Positions 41,472 to 51,187 of a DNA stretch of 64,000 nt are shown piece by piece. The stretch's first letter is position 1, and every line of letters begins with the position of its first letter. The DNA is from an uncultured virus (IMG/VR IMGVR_UViG_3300023205_000110) (Duplodnaviria > Heunggongvirae > Uroviricota > Caudoviricetes > Crassvirales), in the IMG/VR virus record IMGVR_UViG_3300023205_000110; one strand, 5' to 3'. The notes under the pieces were generated by a model. It saw nothing but the letters and a program-made list of their open reading frames with translations, did no database searches and had not been told where the DNA came from. The position numbers and the translations under genes are program-made.

Positions 41472-42575
41472 TTAACTTTCAATAGGACTATATATTGTCA
41501 ATTCACCAATTTTATTAAGTTTAGTATATTTTATTTCACCTATTGAAGTCTTACCATCATCAGCTTTACCACCTTGTGTACCAACATAACATTGAATAGT
41601 TTGTTGTCCTCTAAATTCAGAATTACCTGCAACAAAACCAAATCTAAATTTATAGTTATCAGTATAATTATTATTATAAACAGTGTTATCTTCATTTAAC
41701 AAAACTGTATGATATTCATAACTATAATTATCATCACTAGTTATATTAAGAGTTGGTTTATCAAGAGTTAAAGGAGTACCAGTTGTATTAACTTGATTAT
41801 TCCAAACTTTATATTTATCATTAGGTTGATTTTCATACCAACAATAACCATCACGATGAATATAACCACCACCATGACGAATTATTTTAATATTATCTAA
41901 ACCAATAGTTTTATCATTAACAGGATTAATTCTAAAATATTTTACTTCATTATTAGATTTAGCAACTCTTTTAATAACTTCACCATACCAACATTCTTTA
42001 TAACCACCATGTCCATCAGGCATATTAATAGTTCCATCAGCCAAAGGAAAAATAAACATTCCTCTATTATCAACATCAATTTCATGATTCTTTAATTGCC
42101 AAGCATGAACAATAACTCCACCTTTATAAGCAGTACATTCAACAGTAACATGACCTCTACTCAAACTTCCAAACCAATTAGCACAAAGATTCATTTTCAT
42201 TATATCAGGCATTTTATCTTCAAGGTCAATCATAGATTCAATATTAAACATAACACATTCAGCACCTGAATCAGTATTATCACCACCCCAATATAGGTAA
42301 GGAATTTGACTTAAATTCCAAGACCAACCAACAGCTACATAGTTTAAACTATTAATAGGAGAATTAACATAATATGATTTAGTATCCAAATCTCGACCAT
42401 CATCACTACCCCAAATGTATCTAAGTTGGACACTAGTAAAATCACTAAAATGAATAACAGAAGTAGGCCAAATATGATTAGCACCATCATAAACATGAGC
42501 AATATTAATTTGACCTACTGTTCGTTTCTTAAGAGGTTTAGCAATTCCTCCTTCACGTCCAAGAGTTAAACTCAT
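41472..42575 (-). CDS. putative distal tail-fibre protein
   Basis: N-terminal GQINIAHVYDGANHIWP adaptor motif; DLDT...WGGDN..SGAE beta-domain. Confidence 0.5.
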   Translation of the reverse strand: MSLTLGREGGIAKPLKKRTVGQINIAHVYDGANHIWPTSVIHFSDFTSVQLRYIWGSDDGRDLDTKSYYVNSPINSLNYVAVGWSWNLSQIPYLYWGGDNTDSGAECVMFNIESMIDLEDKMPDIMKMNLCANWFGSLSRGHVTVECTAYKGGVIVHAWQLKNHEIDVDNRGMFIFPLADGTINMPDGHGGYKECWYGEVIKRVAKSNNEVKYFRINPVNDKTIGLDNIKIIRHGGGYIHRDGYCWYENQPNDKYKVWNNQVNTTGTPLTLDKPTLNITSDDNYSYEYHTVLLNEDNTVYNNNYTDNYKFRFGFVAGNSEFRGQQTIQCYVGTQGGKADDGKTSIGEIKYTKLNKIGELTIYSPIES

Positions 42576-44260
42576 TATTCATCAACAATATTATAAGTCA
42601 TTCCAGCAACTGGGGTAATAGTTGCATATTGGGTAGCAGTTCCTGTCCAAATTGGAAGACTAAGTTTATTATTATTTGTACTAGGCATAGTCATATTAAC
42701 TCCGCATCCATCATTAATAGCTTTTTGAATCTTATCAAGATTAACACTATTAGTAATAGTTTGATTTATTTCTTCTTTAAAGTTATTAAATGTATCATTA
42801 GTAACATATCCATTAAGTAAATTATTAACTTCTTCTTTATTATAAGTTTCAGACTTAGTATAATAATTTTTAAGTAAGTTATTAATTTCTTGTTTAGTAT
42901 AACTATCAAATGAAGAAGTATCTCCCATTACTCTCCATTCAGTACCATTCCAATAACAAATCTTTCCATTACGATATTCAATCTGACCTTTAGCCCAATT
43001 ACTACAAGTTACATTAGGAAGATATTCAGACTCTTCACCAACCATACCTGTAAGTTTACATTTATTTAAATCAATAGTACCATTTTCAATAATACCACCT
43101 TCAAATACAAGTTCACAACCAACAGGCATTGTAATAGTTTTACCACTTAAATCAAAAGCATAACGAATAATATAACGAGTATTTTCTTCGTTAACCATAT
43201 CTTGAGTAAGAACAGCTTTATAATTAAGATAAATATTATTCTTAACTTGAACTAGATTTTCTTCATTAAAATAATATTTAATATTATCTACTGAATTAAC
43301 ATATATAATACCAAGTCTTGGACGTTCATCAGAAAGACAAGTATTATAAATATTATAATCTTCACTATTTCCATAAGCAGGAGTGTTGACCCCCTGTAGA
43401 GGATGAACTCTATCAGTAGGTTCTACAATAGTCCATCTAGTATAATAATTATAAAAACCAACTCCATCATGAATAGTCTTAACTCTAAGAACAAATAATT
43501 TATGATATGTATCATAATAAATACCAACAGTATTACCTAAATCTGTTCTAATAACTTCATATTTATCAGTATTAAGAATTATTTGACCATATTGTTCACA
43601 ATAAGTATCATCAAGAAAACCATCAAATAAAAGCTGTTCTGCATTACTAGCATCATCCTCCACGGGGAGTAAGACCTTGCGAATTATTTTATATCCTTTA
43701 CCACTTTTATATTCAGGCTCATAAGGTCTATCTTTAAGACTAAGACGATTAATATTACAACAACCCGGGCTTAATCTTATAGTAATATCTTCTTCGTCAG
43801 GATAATTAATAATATTAACTTTATCATTTCCTGCAATCATTTGTTTAAGAGCTTCATTAAGCATATCCCAATCAATAGTTCCATCAGCAATTGGAATCTT
43901 AGCTCCACTTTCTTCAAGATACTTCTCACTAAGAATTTTTGTCCAATTATCATCAGAAACCCAACTAGTTTCAACACCAGCTTGAAGATTACTACCTATA
44001 TAACTTTCAGTTACAGATAGATTATGTTCAGCATCATAATAACTAATAGTAAGACTATTACGTCTAAAAATAGCAGGAACAGCTTTACGAGTATTAACTC
44101 TAGTTCCTTGATATGGAATCCATAAATGATTAAATCTAGATAGAACAACAGTTAAATCATTGTTTGTATCTTTGTCAAGAATATTTTGAAGATAAGTAAT
44201 AGGAAATACTTTATCATAACTATTCTGACCTAGCTTTTCATATAGTTGTTTATTGTTCAT
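42575..44260 (-). CDS. tail fibre protein
   Basis: DEEDIT/LTQDMVNEENTRYIIRY module shared with 51188..53794; YTKxE repeats; C-terminal WTGTATQY motif. Confidence 0.65.
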   Translation of the reverse strand: MNNKQLYEKLGQNSYDKVFPITYLQNILDKDTNNDLTVVLSRFNHLWIPYQGTRVNTRKAVPAIFRRNSLTISYYDAEHNLSVTESYIGSNLQAGVETSWVSDDNWTKILSEKYLEESGAKIPIADGTIDWDMLNEALKQMIAGNDKVNIINYPDEEDITIRLSPGCCNINRLSLKDRPYEPEYKSGKGYKIIRKVLLPVEDDASNAEQLLFDGFLDDTYCEQYGQIILNTDKYEVIRTDLGNTVGIYYDTYHKLFVLRVKTIHDGVGFYNYYTRWTIVEPTDRVHPLQGVNTPAYGNSEDYNIYNTCLSDERPRLGIIYVNSVDNIKYYFNEENLVQVKNNIYLNYKAVLTQDMVNEENTRYIIRYAFDLSGKTITMPVGCELVFEGGIIENGTIDLNKCKLTGMVGEESEYLPNVTCSNWAKGQIEYRNGKICYWNGTEWRVMGDTSSFDSYTKQEINNLLKNYYTKSETYNKEEVNNLLNGYVTNDTFNNFKEEINQTITNSVNLDKIQKAINDGCGVNMTMPSTNNNKLSLPIWTGTATQYATITPVAGMTYNIVDE

Positions 44261-44350
44261 AATTATGTGATTAATTTAAATAACTTTAATGAGTAAATAA
44301 ACAATATAAGCATTAGTAATATTGTTATATTAAATAGTATTCTTATCATA

Positions 44351-47300
44351 TTAATTACCAGTACCTTTAGCTATAAATACTCTAAATTTTAGTTCAGCAT
44401 ATTCAAATGTAACTTTACATAGATTAATAGGCAATGTTTGAATGTAACTTGTTACAAATGTTCTTATAACAGTTTTATCTTCTTCAAGACCAACACTAGT
44501 TTTAGTATGTGTATTTATATCAGTAAAACCAGTTAATTTACAAGCATCATTAGGATTATTATTTCTTATTAATTTTACAGTTATACTTCTACTAGTCATC
44601 ATATTTGATGTACTAAATAGATATAAATATTGTTCACCACTACCAGCACAACCTTCAGTTATAGTATTATTATTATATAATTTTGTTCTAGTAACATTAT
44701 TAACATTAACAGTAAAAGGTTGGTCTTTTTGTTCAAGAATTTCATTACACCATATTTGCCAATATAATCTAGGACGTCTAACATATAAAGTAATGATTAT
44801 ATTATTATTAGTTATATATTGTGCTGAATATTCTTCTTCATCAGCAGTATTTTTAGATATTATACTAAAACTACCGTAATAAGAATTATCAGTATCTTTA
44901 TATAAAAAAGTACTAGTATTAAATGAAATATCTTTATGACGATTAATACTACCATAAGATTCAGAAGAAATAGTATTACCTGTATTATTCCATTTATAGC
45001 TTTCAGTAATAATAACTTTAAACCGAATATCATAACTAACTGCTCCATTATAATTTTCATTATTATCTCTAGCGTTATTAATATACACAGAATTATTAAT
45101 TGCTTCAACATAATTACTAGCTCCTTCATACAAAAACAATACTTTTGTAGAAGAAGTTATATTTGTTTTAACACCAGCAGATTGTGTAATATTAATTGAT
45201 TTACTAACTCCACTATAAGTTGCAGTAACAGTTGTACTTCTACTTGTTGTAGCAGTTCTATTACCATAAGTAAGTTTACTTCCGCTAGTAGTGCCACTTA
45301 ATGTACCATCTCCAGATTTACTTAAAGTCGGACTACCATTTTCAGTTTCAGTATAAGTAGTACCCACTCCATTCCAAGTATAATTTCTAGTACGAGAAGC
45401 ATGACAAAGAATTGTAGAACTACCACCACTAGCAACAATATTCATAGAACTAGCAGATATAGTTACTTGCCAAGATGTCCAACTTCCAGTAACTTTATTA
45501 CCGCCATATTGCATAACATCACAATAATCAGTAACTCCATTATAATTAGCAGTAACTCTAGTTGTTCTAGCATCAGGAGATGTGTTATTACTAAAAGTTA
45601 AAGTATTACCACTTAAAACTCCAACACCACTTGTAACAGAAATAGTAGGAGTAGCATTATCAGACTCAGTGCCACCAGAACCTGCAACACCATTCCAAGT
45701 CCATGTTCTATTTCTTGAAGCACTACTATAAATAGTTACTGAATCACCTCCTGCCAAAACTTTATAGCTACTAGCACTACAACTTACAGACCAACTAGAC
45801 CAATTACCATAAACTTTAGCTCCAGCTGATTGTGTTATAGTAATAGATTTAGAAACACTATCAATAGTTGCTCTAAATACAGAACTACGGGAACTAGTAG
45901 AAGTATTATTACCATAACTAACAGTAGAAGCACTTAAAGAAGCTGCACCATTAACTTTATTTAATGTTGGAGAACCACTAGCATTTTCAGTATAAGTTGC
46001 TCCTGTGCCATTCCATTGCCAAGTACGACTTCTAGTAGCAGAAGTAGATAATGTAGCATTTCCACCAGCAGCAGCAATAGTTGTTACATTAGCACTTAAA
46101 CTAATAGACCATGCTCCCCAACTACTATAAGTTTTAGAACCAGCATTTTGAGTTACAGTAGTATCTTTAGTTACAGAATCCATTGTAGCCCTAATAACTG
46201 TATTTCTAGCACTTGTAGAAGTATTATTATCATAAGTTACTTTATTACTAGCAAAAGAACCAACACCACTAATTTTACTAAGAGTAGGAGTTCCAGTTCC
46301 TGTTTCAGTTCCACCACTTCCATTAACTCCGTTCCATGTCCAAGTTCTTGTTCTACTTGCAGAAGTAGTTATATTTGAACTACCTCCACTAGGAGCAACA
46401 TTTCCACTATTAGAAATATTAACTGTCCATGCAGACCAAGCACTATATTGTTTAGCCCCAGCAGATTGACTAATAGTTATATCTTTAGTAGTTGAATCAA
46501 TAGTAGCACGAATAACAGTTGATTTACCACTTGTACTAGTATTATTTCCATAAGTAACTTTAGGACTAGCCCAATTACCTGTACCACTAACTTTACTTAA
46601 TGCAGGACTTCCATTTCCAGTTTCTGTACCACCAGAACCGGCAACACCATTCCATGTATAACTTCTAGTTCTACTAGCACTAGTTGATATAGTAGCTGTT
46701 CCACCTGTTGCACCAATACTAGTTTTATCAGCACTAATATTAACAGTCCAAGCAGACCAATTACCATAAACTTTAGCTCCAGCTGATTGATTAATAGTAA
46801 TAGATTTAGAAACACTATTACTAGTAGCAGTAATAGTTATACTACGACTATTTGTTGTAGTATTGTTACTAGCAGTAACAGTTTTACCACTTAAAGTAAA
46901 TCCGCCAGCACTACCACTAAGTGTAGGTGTAGCAGTTTCTGTATCAGTATGTGTAGTACCAACTCCATTCCAAGTCCAAGTACGAGAACGACTAGCATTA
47001 GTAGTTATCGTAGATGAACCACCACTTGCAGCTATCGTTTGCGTGCTTGCCGAGATAGAAACAGTCCAAGCAGACCACGCTGAATACACTTTTGAGCCTG
47101 CCTGTTGTGTTATCGTAACCGTTTTGGACAATCCTACATAACTAGCTGTAAGTGTCGCTGAACGGGCTGAAACGCTCTCGTTTGATGTAAATTTTATTTG
47201 ATTTCCACTAAGACTAGCACTACCACTAATACTAAGAGTAGGAGTAGCAGTTTCACTATAAATAGTACCAGTGTTATTCCATTTATAAGTTCTACGAGCA

Positions 47301-48235
47301 ATATTAGCTGTAACTGTTCTAGTGCCGCCTTTAGCTTCAACACTAGTTCCATCAGTTTGTAAATCTAGTACCCAATCAGTATAAACTTTAGCGCCAGCAG
47401 CTTGATTTAAAGCAGCACTAACTTCTTTAGTTTGTTTATTTTCTAAAGTAAATATAACAGTTAAAGTTCCACTTTTAGCATTAGTAGATTCATTATTAGG
47501 TATAGTTAATACATTATTACTTATACTACCTAAAGTAGTAGAACTAGTAAAGCTAGCAGTAAGATTAACAACAGTTTCAATCCAAGTTCCAGCATAAGTA
47601 GAACCCTTGGTTATACTCCCCGTGGAAGGTGCATAATCAGTTCTCTTATATCCACTTTTAACAGAACTAGTAGAAAGTTTTAAATCATAACTTCCACCAG
47701 TATTAGCTATACTACTATCAACTACTGTTAATGTACTAGTATCATATATACTAGCTTTACTACCTTTAAACGTAACAGTATAACTATCTTTAGCTTCTGT
47801 ATCATCAATTAATACAACTAACTTACCATTAGTTATAACTCCTTTTTCTATTCCATCAAATAAAACTTTAACTCCATCAGTAGGAAAAGTAACAGTATAA
47901 GAAATAAATCTTTGTTCCCATTCTAATTCTACATTATGAGTTATAGGTAAATAACCACTGTTACCACTAATAGTTTGAGATTTATAATGTTCAGCAGTAA
48001 TATTAGCAGTATAATCAGTCTTAACAGGAATAGTAAATACAAATTTAGTATTATTTTCACTTATAACAGGAGTATAACCATTAATAGTAACAGTTCCGGA
48101 AACATTTAATTTAAACGTAATAGTAATTTCAGTATTCTCTGGATAAACAAGTTTAGAACCTTGATATATTTCAAATACATTTATACTACCAAGTTTAATA
48201 TCATGTATTCCAATATCTCCTTGATATATAGCCAT
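44351..48235 (-). CDS. tandem BACON (Ig-like) repeat fibre protein
   Basis: About eight ~100-aa Ser/Thr-rich repeats W.V.IS...A.GG...SASR.R.WTWNG...N.....RS....T.....ITQ.AG. Confidence 0.85.
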   Translation of the reverse strand: MAIYQGDIGIHDIKLGSINVFEIYQGSKLVYPENTEITITFKLNVSGTVTINGYTPVISENNTKFVFTIPVKTDYTANITAEHYKSQTISGNSGYLPITHNVELEWEQRFISYTVTFPTDGVKVLFDGIEKGVITNGKLVVLIDDTEAKDSYTVTFKGSKASIYDTSTLTVVDSSIANTGGSYDLKLSTSSVKSGYKRTDYAPSTGSITKGSTYAGTWIETVVNLTASFTSSTTLGSISNNVLTIPNNESTNAKSGTLTVIFTLENKQTKEVSAALNQAAGAKVYTDWVLDLQTDGTSVEAKGGTRTVTANIARRTYKWNNTGTIYSETATPTLSISGSASLSGNQIKFTSNESVSARSATLTASYVGLSKTVTITQQAGSKVYSAWSAWTVSISASTQTIAASGGSSTITTNASRSRTWTWNGVGTTHTDTETATPTLSGSAGGFTLSGKTVTASNNTTTNSRSITITATSNSVSKSITINQSAGAKVYGNWSAWTVNISADKTSIGATGGTATISTSASRTRSYTWNGVAGSGGTETGNGSPALSKVSGTGNWASPKVTYGNNTSTSGKSTVIRATIDSTTKDITISQSAGAKQYSAWSAWTVNISNSGNVAPSGGSSNITTSASRTRTWTWNGVNGSGGTETGTGTPTLSKISGVGSFASNKVTYDNNTSTSARNTVIRATMDSVTKDTTVTQNAGSKTYSSWGAWSISLSANVTTIAAAGGNATLSTSATRSRTWQWNGTGATYTENASGSPTLNKVNGAASLSASTVSYGNNTSTSSRSSVFRATIDSVSKSITITQSAGAKVYGNWSSWSVSCSASSYKVLAGGDSVTIYSSASRNRTWTWNGVAGSGGTESDNATPTISVTSGVGVLSGNTLTFSNNTSPDARTTRVTANYNGVTDYCDVMQYGGNKVTGSWTSWQVTISASSMNIVASGGSSTILCHASRTRNYTWNGVGTTYTETENGSPTLSKSGDGTLSGTTSGSKLTYGNRTATTSRSTTVTATYSGVSKSINITQSAGVKTNITSSTKVLFLYEGASNYVEAINNSVYINNARDNNENYNGAVSYDIRFKVIITESYKWNNTGNTISSESYGSINRHKDISFNTSTFLYKDTDNSYYGSFSIISKNTADEEEYSAQYITNNNIIITLYVRRPRLYWQIWCNEILEQKDQPFTVNVNNVTRTKLYNNNTITEGCAGSGEQYLYLFSTSNMMTSRSITVKLIRNNNPNDACKLTGFTDINTHTKTSVGLEEDKTVIRTFVTSYIQTLPINLCKVTFEYAELKFRVFIAKGTGN

Positions 48236-48238
48236 AAC

Positions 48239-49042
48239 TTAAGCATCTGATTTAACTATATAAGTAGTATTGTTATCTTTTTGTGCAATAGCTGCATATT
48301 GAGTAGCAGTACCAACCCATATTTTAGGATTAACTATTGGTTCAATAGTAAGATTAGATAATCTATAAAGAGTTTGGTCAACTATTTGAATAGTATTATA
48401 ATCATAATTGCCATCATTACGTAAAGCCACATGATTTATTGTATTACTATTACTCCATTGTATAATTATAGTATCACCAGTATATCTAATATAAAATTTA
48501 CCGTAGGTATTATTATAAAATACAGAATTAGGTTTACCGATAGCAGCAACAAATCCATCAAAATTAGTAAATGTAGTATTTATAGCATTTAATATTTCCG
48601 TAGGAGTACCATTATTAGTTAATAACATAATAATAGTATTAATATTATATGGTTGAATGATTTGATTACTATTTATAGCTACAAAAGTATTAATACTTTT
48701 TGTTTCTTCACCTCCAACTCTAGTTAAACCTTTATCCCAACTTAAATCAATTTTATTAATTCCACCGCCATTAGGAGAAAAATAAGTAATCGTAGCACTA
48801 ATGCTATTATTACCTATATCAATTCTATCAAAATTAATTCTACTATTGTTATTATCAACAGCAATAATACTTCCGCCTTTTAATAATATTTCTTTTACTT
48901 CATCAAAAGTTTTATCACAAGTAAAATCTTTTTGCCCATTAATATATATTCCAGTAGGAACAGTTATAACTACACCATAAACAGGAATAAATCCTTCAGG
49001 TGTGCTTTTATTTTCATATAATTGTTGATTAATATCTTGCAT
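48239..49042 (-). CDS. tail fibre adaptor protein
   Basis: ATG 49042 (MQDINQQLYE, compare MNNKQLYE) preferred because a hairpin covers 49061-49085; C-terminal WVGTATQYAAIAQKDNNTTYIV. Confidence 0.55.
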   Translation of the reverse strand: MQDINQQLYENKSTPEGFIPVYGVVITVPTGIYINGQKDFTCDKTFDEVKEILLKGGSIIAVDNNNSRINFDRIDIGNNSISATITYFSPNGGGINKIDLSWDKGLTRVGGEETKSINTFVAINSNQIIQPYNINTIIMLLTNNGTPTEILNAINTTFTNFDGFVAAIGKPNSVFYNNTYGKFYIRYTGDTIIIQWSNSNTINHVALRNDGNYDYNTIQIVDQTLYRLSNLTIEPIVNPKIWVGTATQYAAIAQKDNNTTYIVKSDA

Positions 49043-49094
49043 AACTTTATAAACTTTAAATGGTGGCACTTATTCAGTACCACCATGATTAATA

Positions 49095-51185
49095 TTAAGT
49101 TGTTTTCTTTTTAATAACAAGTTCATAACCAGCAGGAATTAAAGCTTTAATAGCATCAGCAATAGCTTTATCAACTTCTGTTTTAGTATAAGTATTTTCT
49201 ACTGTTGGTACATTATCAAACCTATTATTAATTTCTTCTTTAGTATAAACATTATTACTAAGTTCAGTAATTTGATTAGGTAAAGTTTCATCAAGTTTAA
49301 CTTTATCAGCAGCAGACATAACTCCAGATTCAGTTTTACTAACAATAGGAAATGTTATACTATCATTAAAAGGTTTACTTTCATAAACATTTGTTGTATT
49401 ATTAAATTCATAATGATGTGAACCAATTGCGATATTTCCATTAGATGACCTAAATAATTTAATTTGTGTACTAGGAATATATTTAGGTAAACTATTAACA
49501 ATATCAGTAGTTTTCTTACCTTTACCGCCATCATAAGCAGTACCTGTAACTTCACCTAAAGCTAAAGTTTCAGATATAACTGAATATTTAGTTCCAGACC
49601 AACGATAAGTCTTACCGCTATAATCAGTACTTTCACTTATATCAACATAAATTTTACCTTTTTCAGGAGTATAATATACAGAAGCATCTTCTATATACTT
49701 TTCAGCAAAATGAGTTTCATCAACATAATATCCTTCAAGAACATCATCAACATAACTAGGTAATTGACTTGCTGGGACTTTACCATCTTCATCAAGACTA
49801 GCAATACCATTTGCTACACCACGTTTAGCTTCAATAGCTTCATTACAGAATTGAATAATCTTCTCTTTAATAATAGGATAATTATCTATATTACTAAGGA
49901 TATGTTCAACTGTAGATTCAACTTTATTCTCAATAACAACTTTAAGGTTAGGATGATTATCAATATTATCAAAGATATTTTCTATATTACCTTTAATAAC
50001 ATTAAGTAGTTCAGTAAAATTATTAATATGCTCAAATATATAAGTAACTCTAGCTTCTACTTTAGTTTCAATAAGATTCTTAAGAATAGGAAATCTATCA
50101 ATATTATTGAAAATATAATCAACTCTACTATTTACAGCATTATTAATACAAGTAACAAGAGCAGGATAATTATTAATATTAGCAAATATATTCTTAACAC
50201 AATTACAAACTAAATCAGAAAGAATACCAATGAATTCAGGATAATTATTAATATTATTAAATATATAATCAACTCGTTCATTAATATTATTCTGAATAGC
50301 TTCCTGTAATTCCGGATATTGACCAATATTTTTAAATATATCAACTACTTTATTAACAGTATTAGTAATAATAAGATTCTTAATAGCAGGATAATTATCA
50401 ATATTATTAAATATATTACCAATAGTAGTTTCTACATGAGAATTAATAGCATTAGTTATGAATTGATTAAGAGCAGGATAAGAAGAAATATTATTAAAGA
50501 TAGATTCAGTCCATTGTTTAATATATTGATTAAATATCTCTTTAAGCTCAGGATATTCATTAATATTATTAAATATATCTCTAATAATAATAGGCAAACT
50601 TTCAACTGTACTATTCTTAATAATTTCAACTAGTTTAGGATAATTATTGATATTATTAAACACATTAATAACAAAATCATTAATAAAACTAGTAATAATA
50701 TCAAGAAAGTCTTTATAATCACCTATATTAGTAAATATCTCTTCAAGTGCTTCTGCTAAATCTTTAATAACAGTATCAAAAGACCATCCTTCCCAATTAG
50801 CAGGATTAGTCCAAGCAACATCACTAATATCATCACTATTATATCGTTGTGTCCAATTAATATTAGTTGCATCACGATAAGTAATAATATATCCTTTACG
50901 ACGATAAATTTTATCAAGTTTATTAACAGTATTAGCAAAAGTACCTTCCCAAGTTAAATAAACACTATTACAAGCAGCAAGTATTCTATCAAGTCTAGTA
51001 CCAGTTAAACCATCAAATACAGCTTGTATAACAGTTAAAGGATATATATTATATCTAGTATCATTTTCTTCACAATACTTATCTAGTATATGAATTGGCA
51101 TATTGCCCTCTTTATCACATTGAACTTTACTAGGGTCAAAAGATTGACAATTAGTACCAACAAAAACATTTTCTTCTTCAGCCAT
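49095..51185 (-). CDS. tail fibre protein with twelve ~25-aa repeats
   Basis: IFNNIxxYPxL repeats; NGIASLDEDGKVPASQLPSYVDDV, YRWSGT and GVMSAADKVKLD fibre motifs. Confidence 0.75.
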   Translation of the reverse strand: MAEEENVFVGTNCQSFDPSKVQCDKEGNMPIHILDKYCEENDTRYNIYPLTVIQAVFDGLTGTRLDRILAACNSVYLTWEGTFANTVNKLDKIYRRKGYIITYRDATNINWTQRYNSDDISDVAWTNPANWEGWSFDTVIKDLAEALEEIFTNIGDYKDFLDIITSFINDFVINVFNNINNYPKLVEIIKNSTVESLPIIIRDIFNNINEYPELKEIFNQYIKQWTESIFNNISSYPALNQFITNAINSHVETTIGNIFNNIDNYPAIKNLIITNTVNKVVDIFKNIGQYPELQEAIQNNINERVDYIFNNINNYPEFIGILSDLVCNCVKNIFANINNYPALVTCINNAVNSRVDYIFNNIDRFPILKNLIETKVEARVTYIFEHINNFTELLNVIKGNIENIFDNIDNHPNLKVVIENKVESTVEHILSNIDNYPIIKEKIIQFCNEAIEAKRGVANGIASLDEDGKVPASQLPSYVDDVLEGYYVDETHFAEKYIEDASVYYTPEKGKIYVDISESTDYSGKTYRWSGTKYSVISETLALGEVTGTAYDGGKGKKTTDIVNSLPKYIPSTQIKLFRSSNGNIAIGSHHYEFNNTTNVYESKPFNDSITFPIVSKTESGVMSAADKVKLDETLPNQITELSNNVYTKEEINNRFDNVPTVENTYTKTEVDKAIADAIKALIPAGYELVIKKKTT

Positions 51186-51187
51186 AA

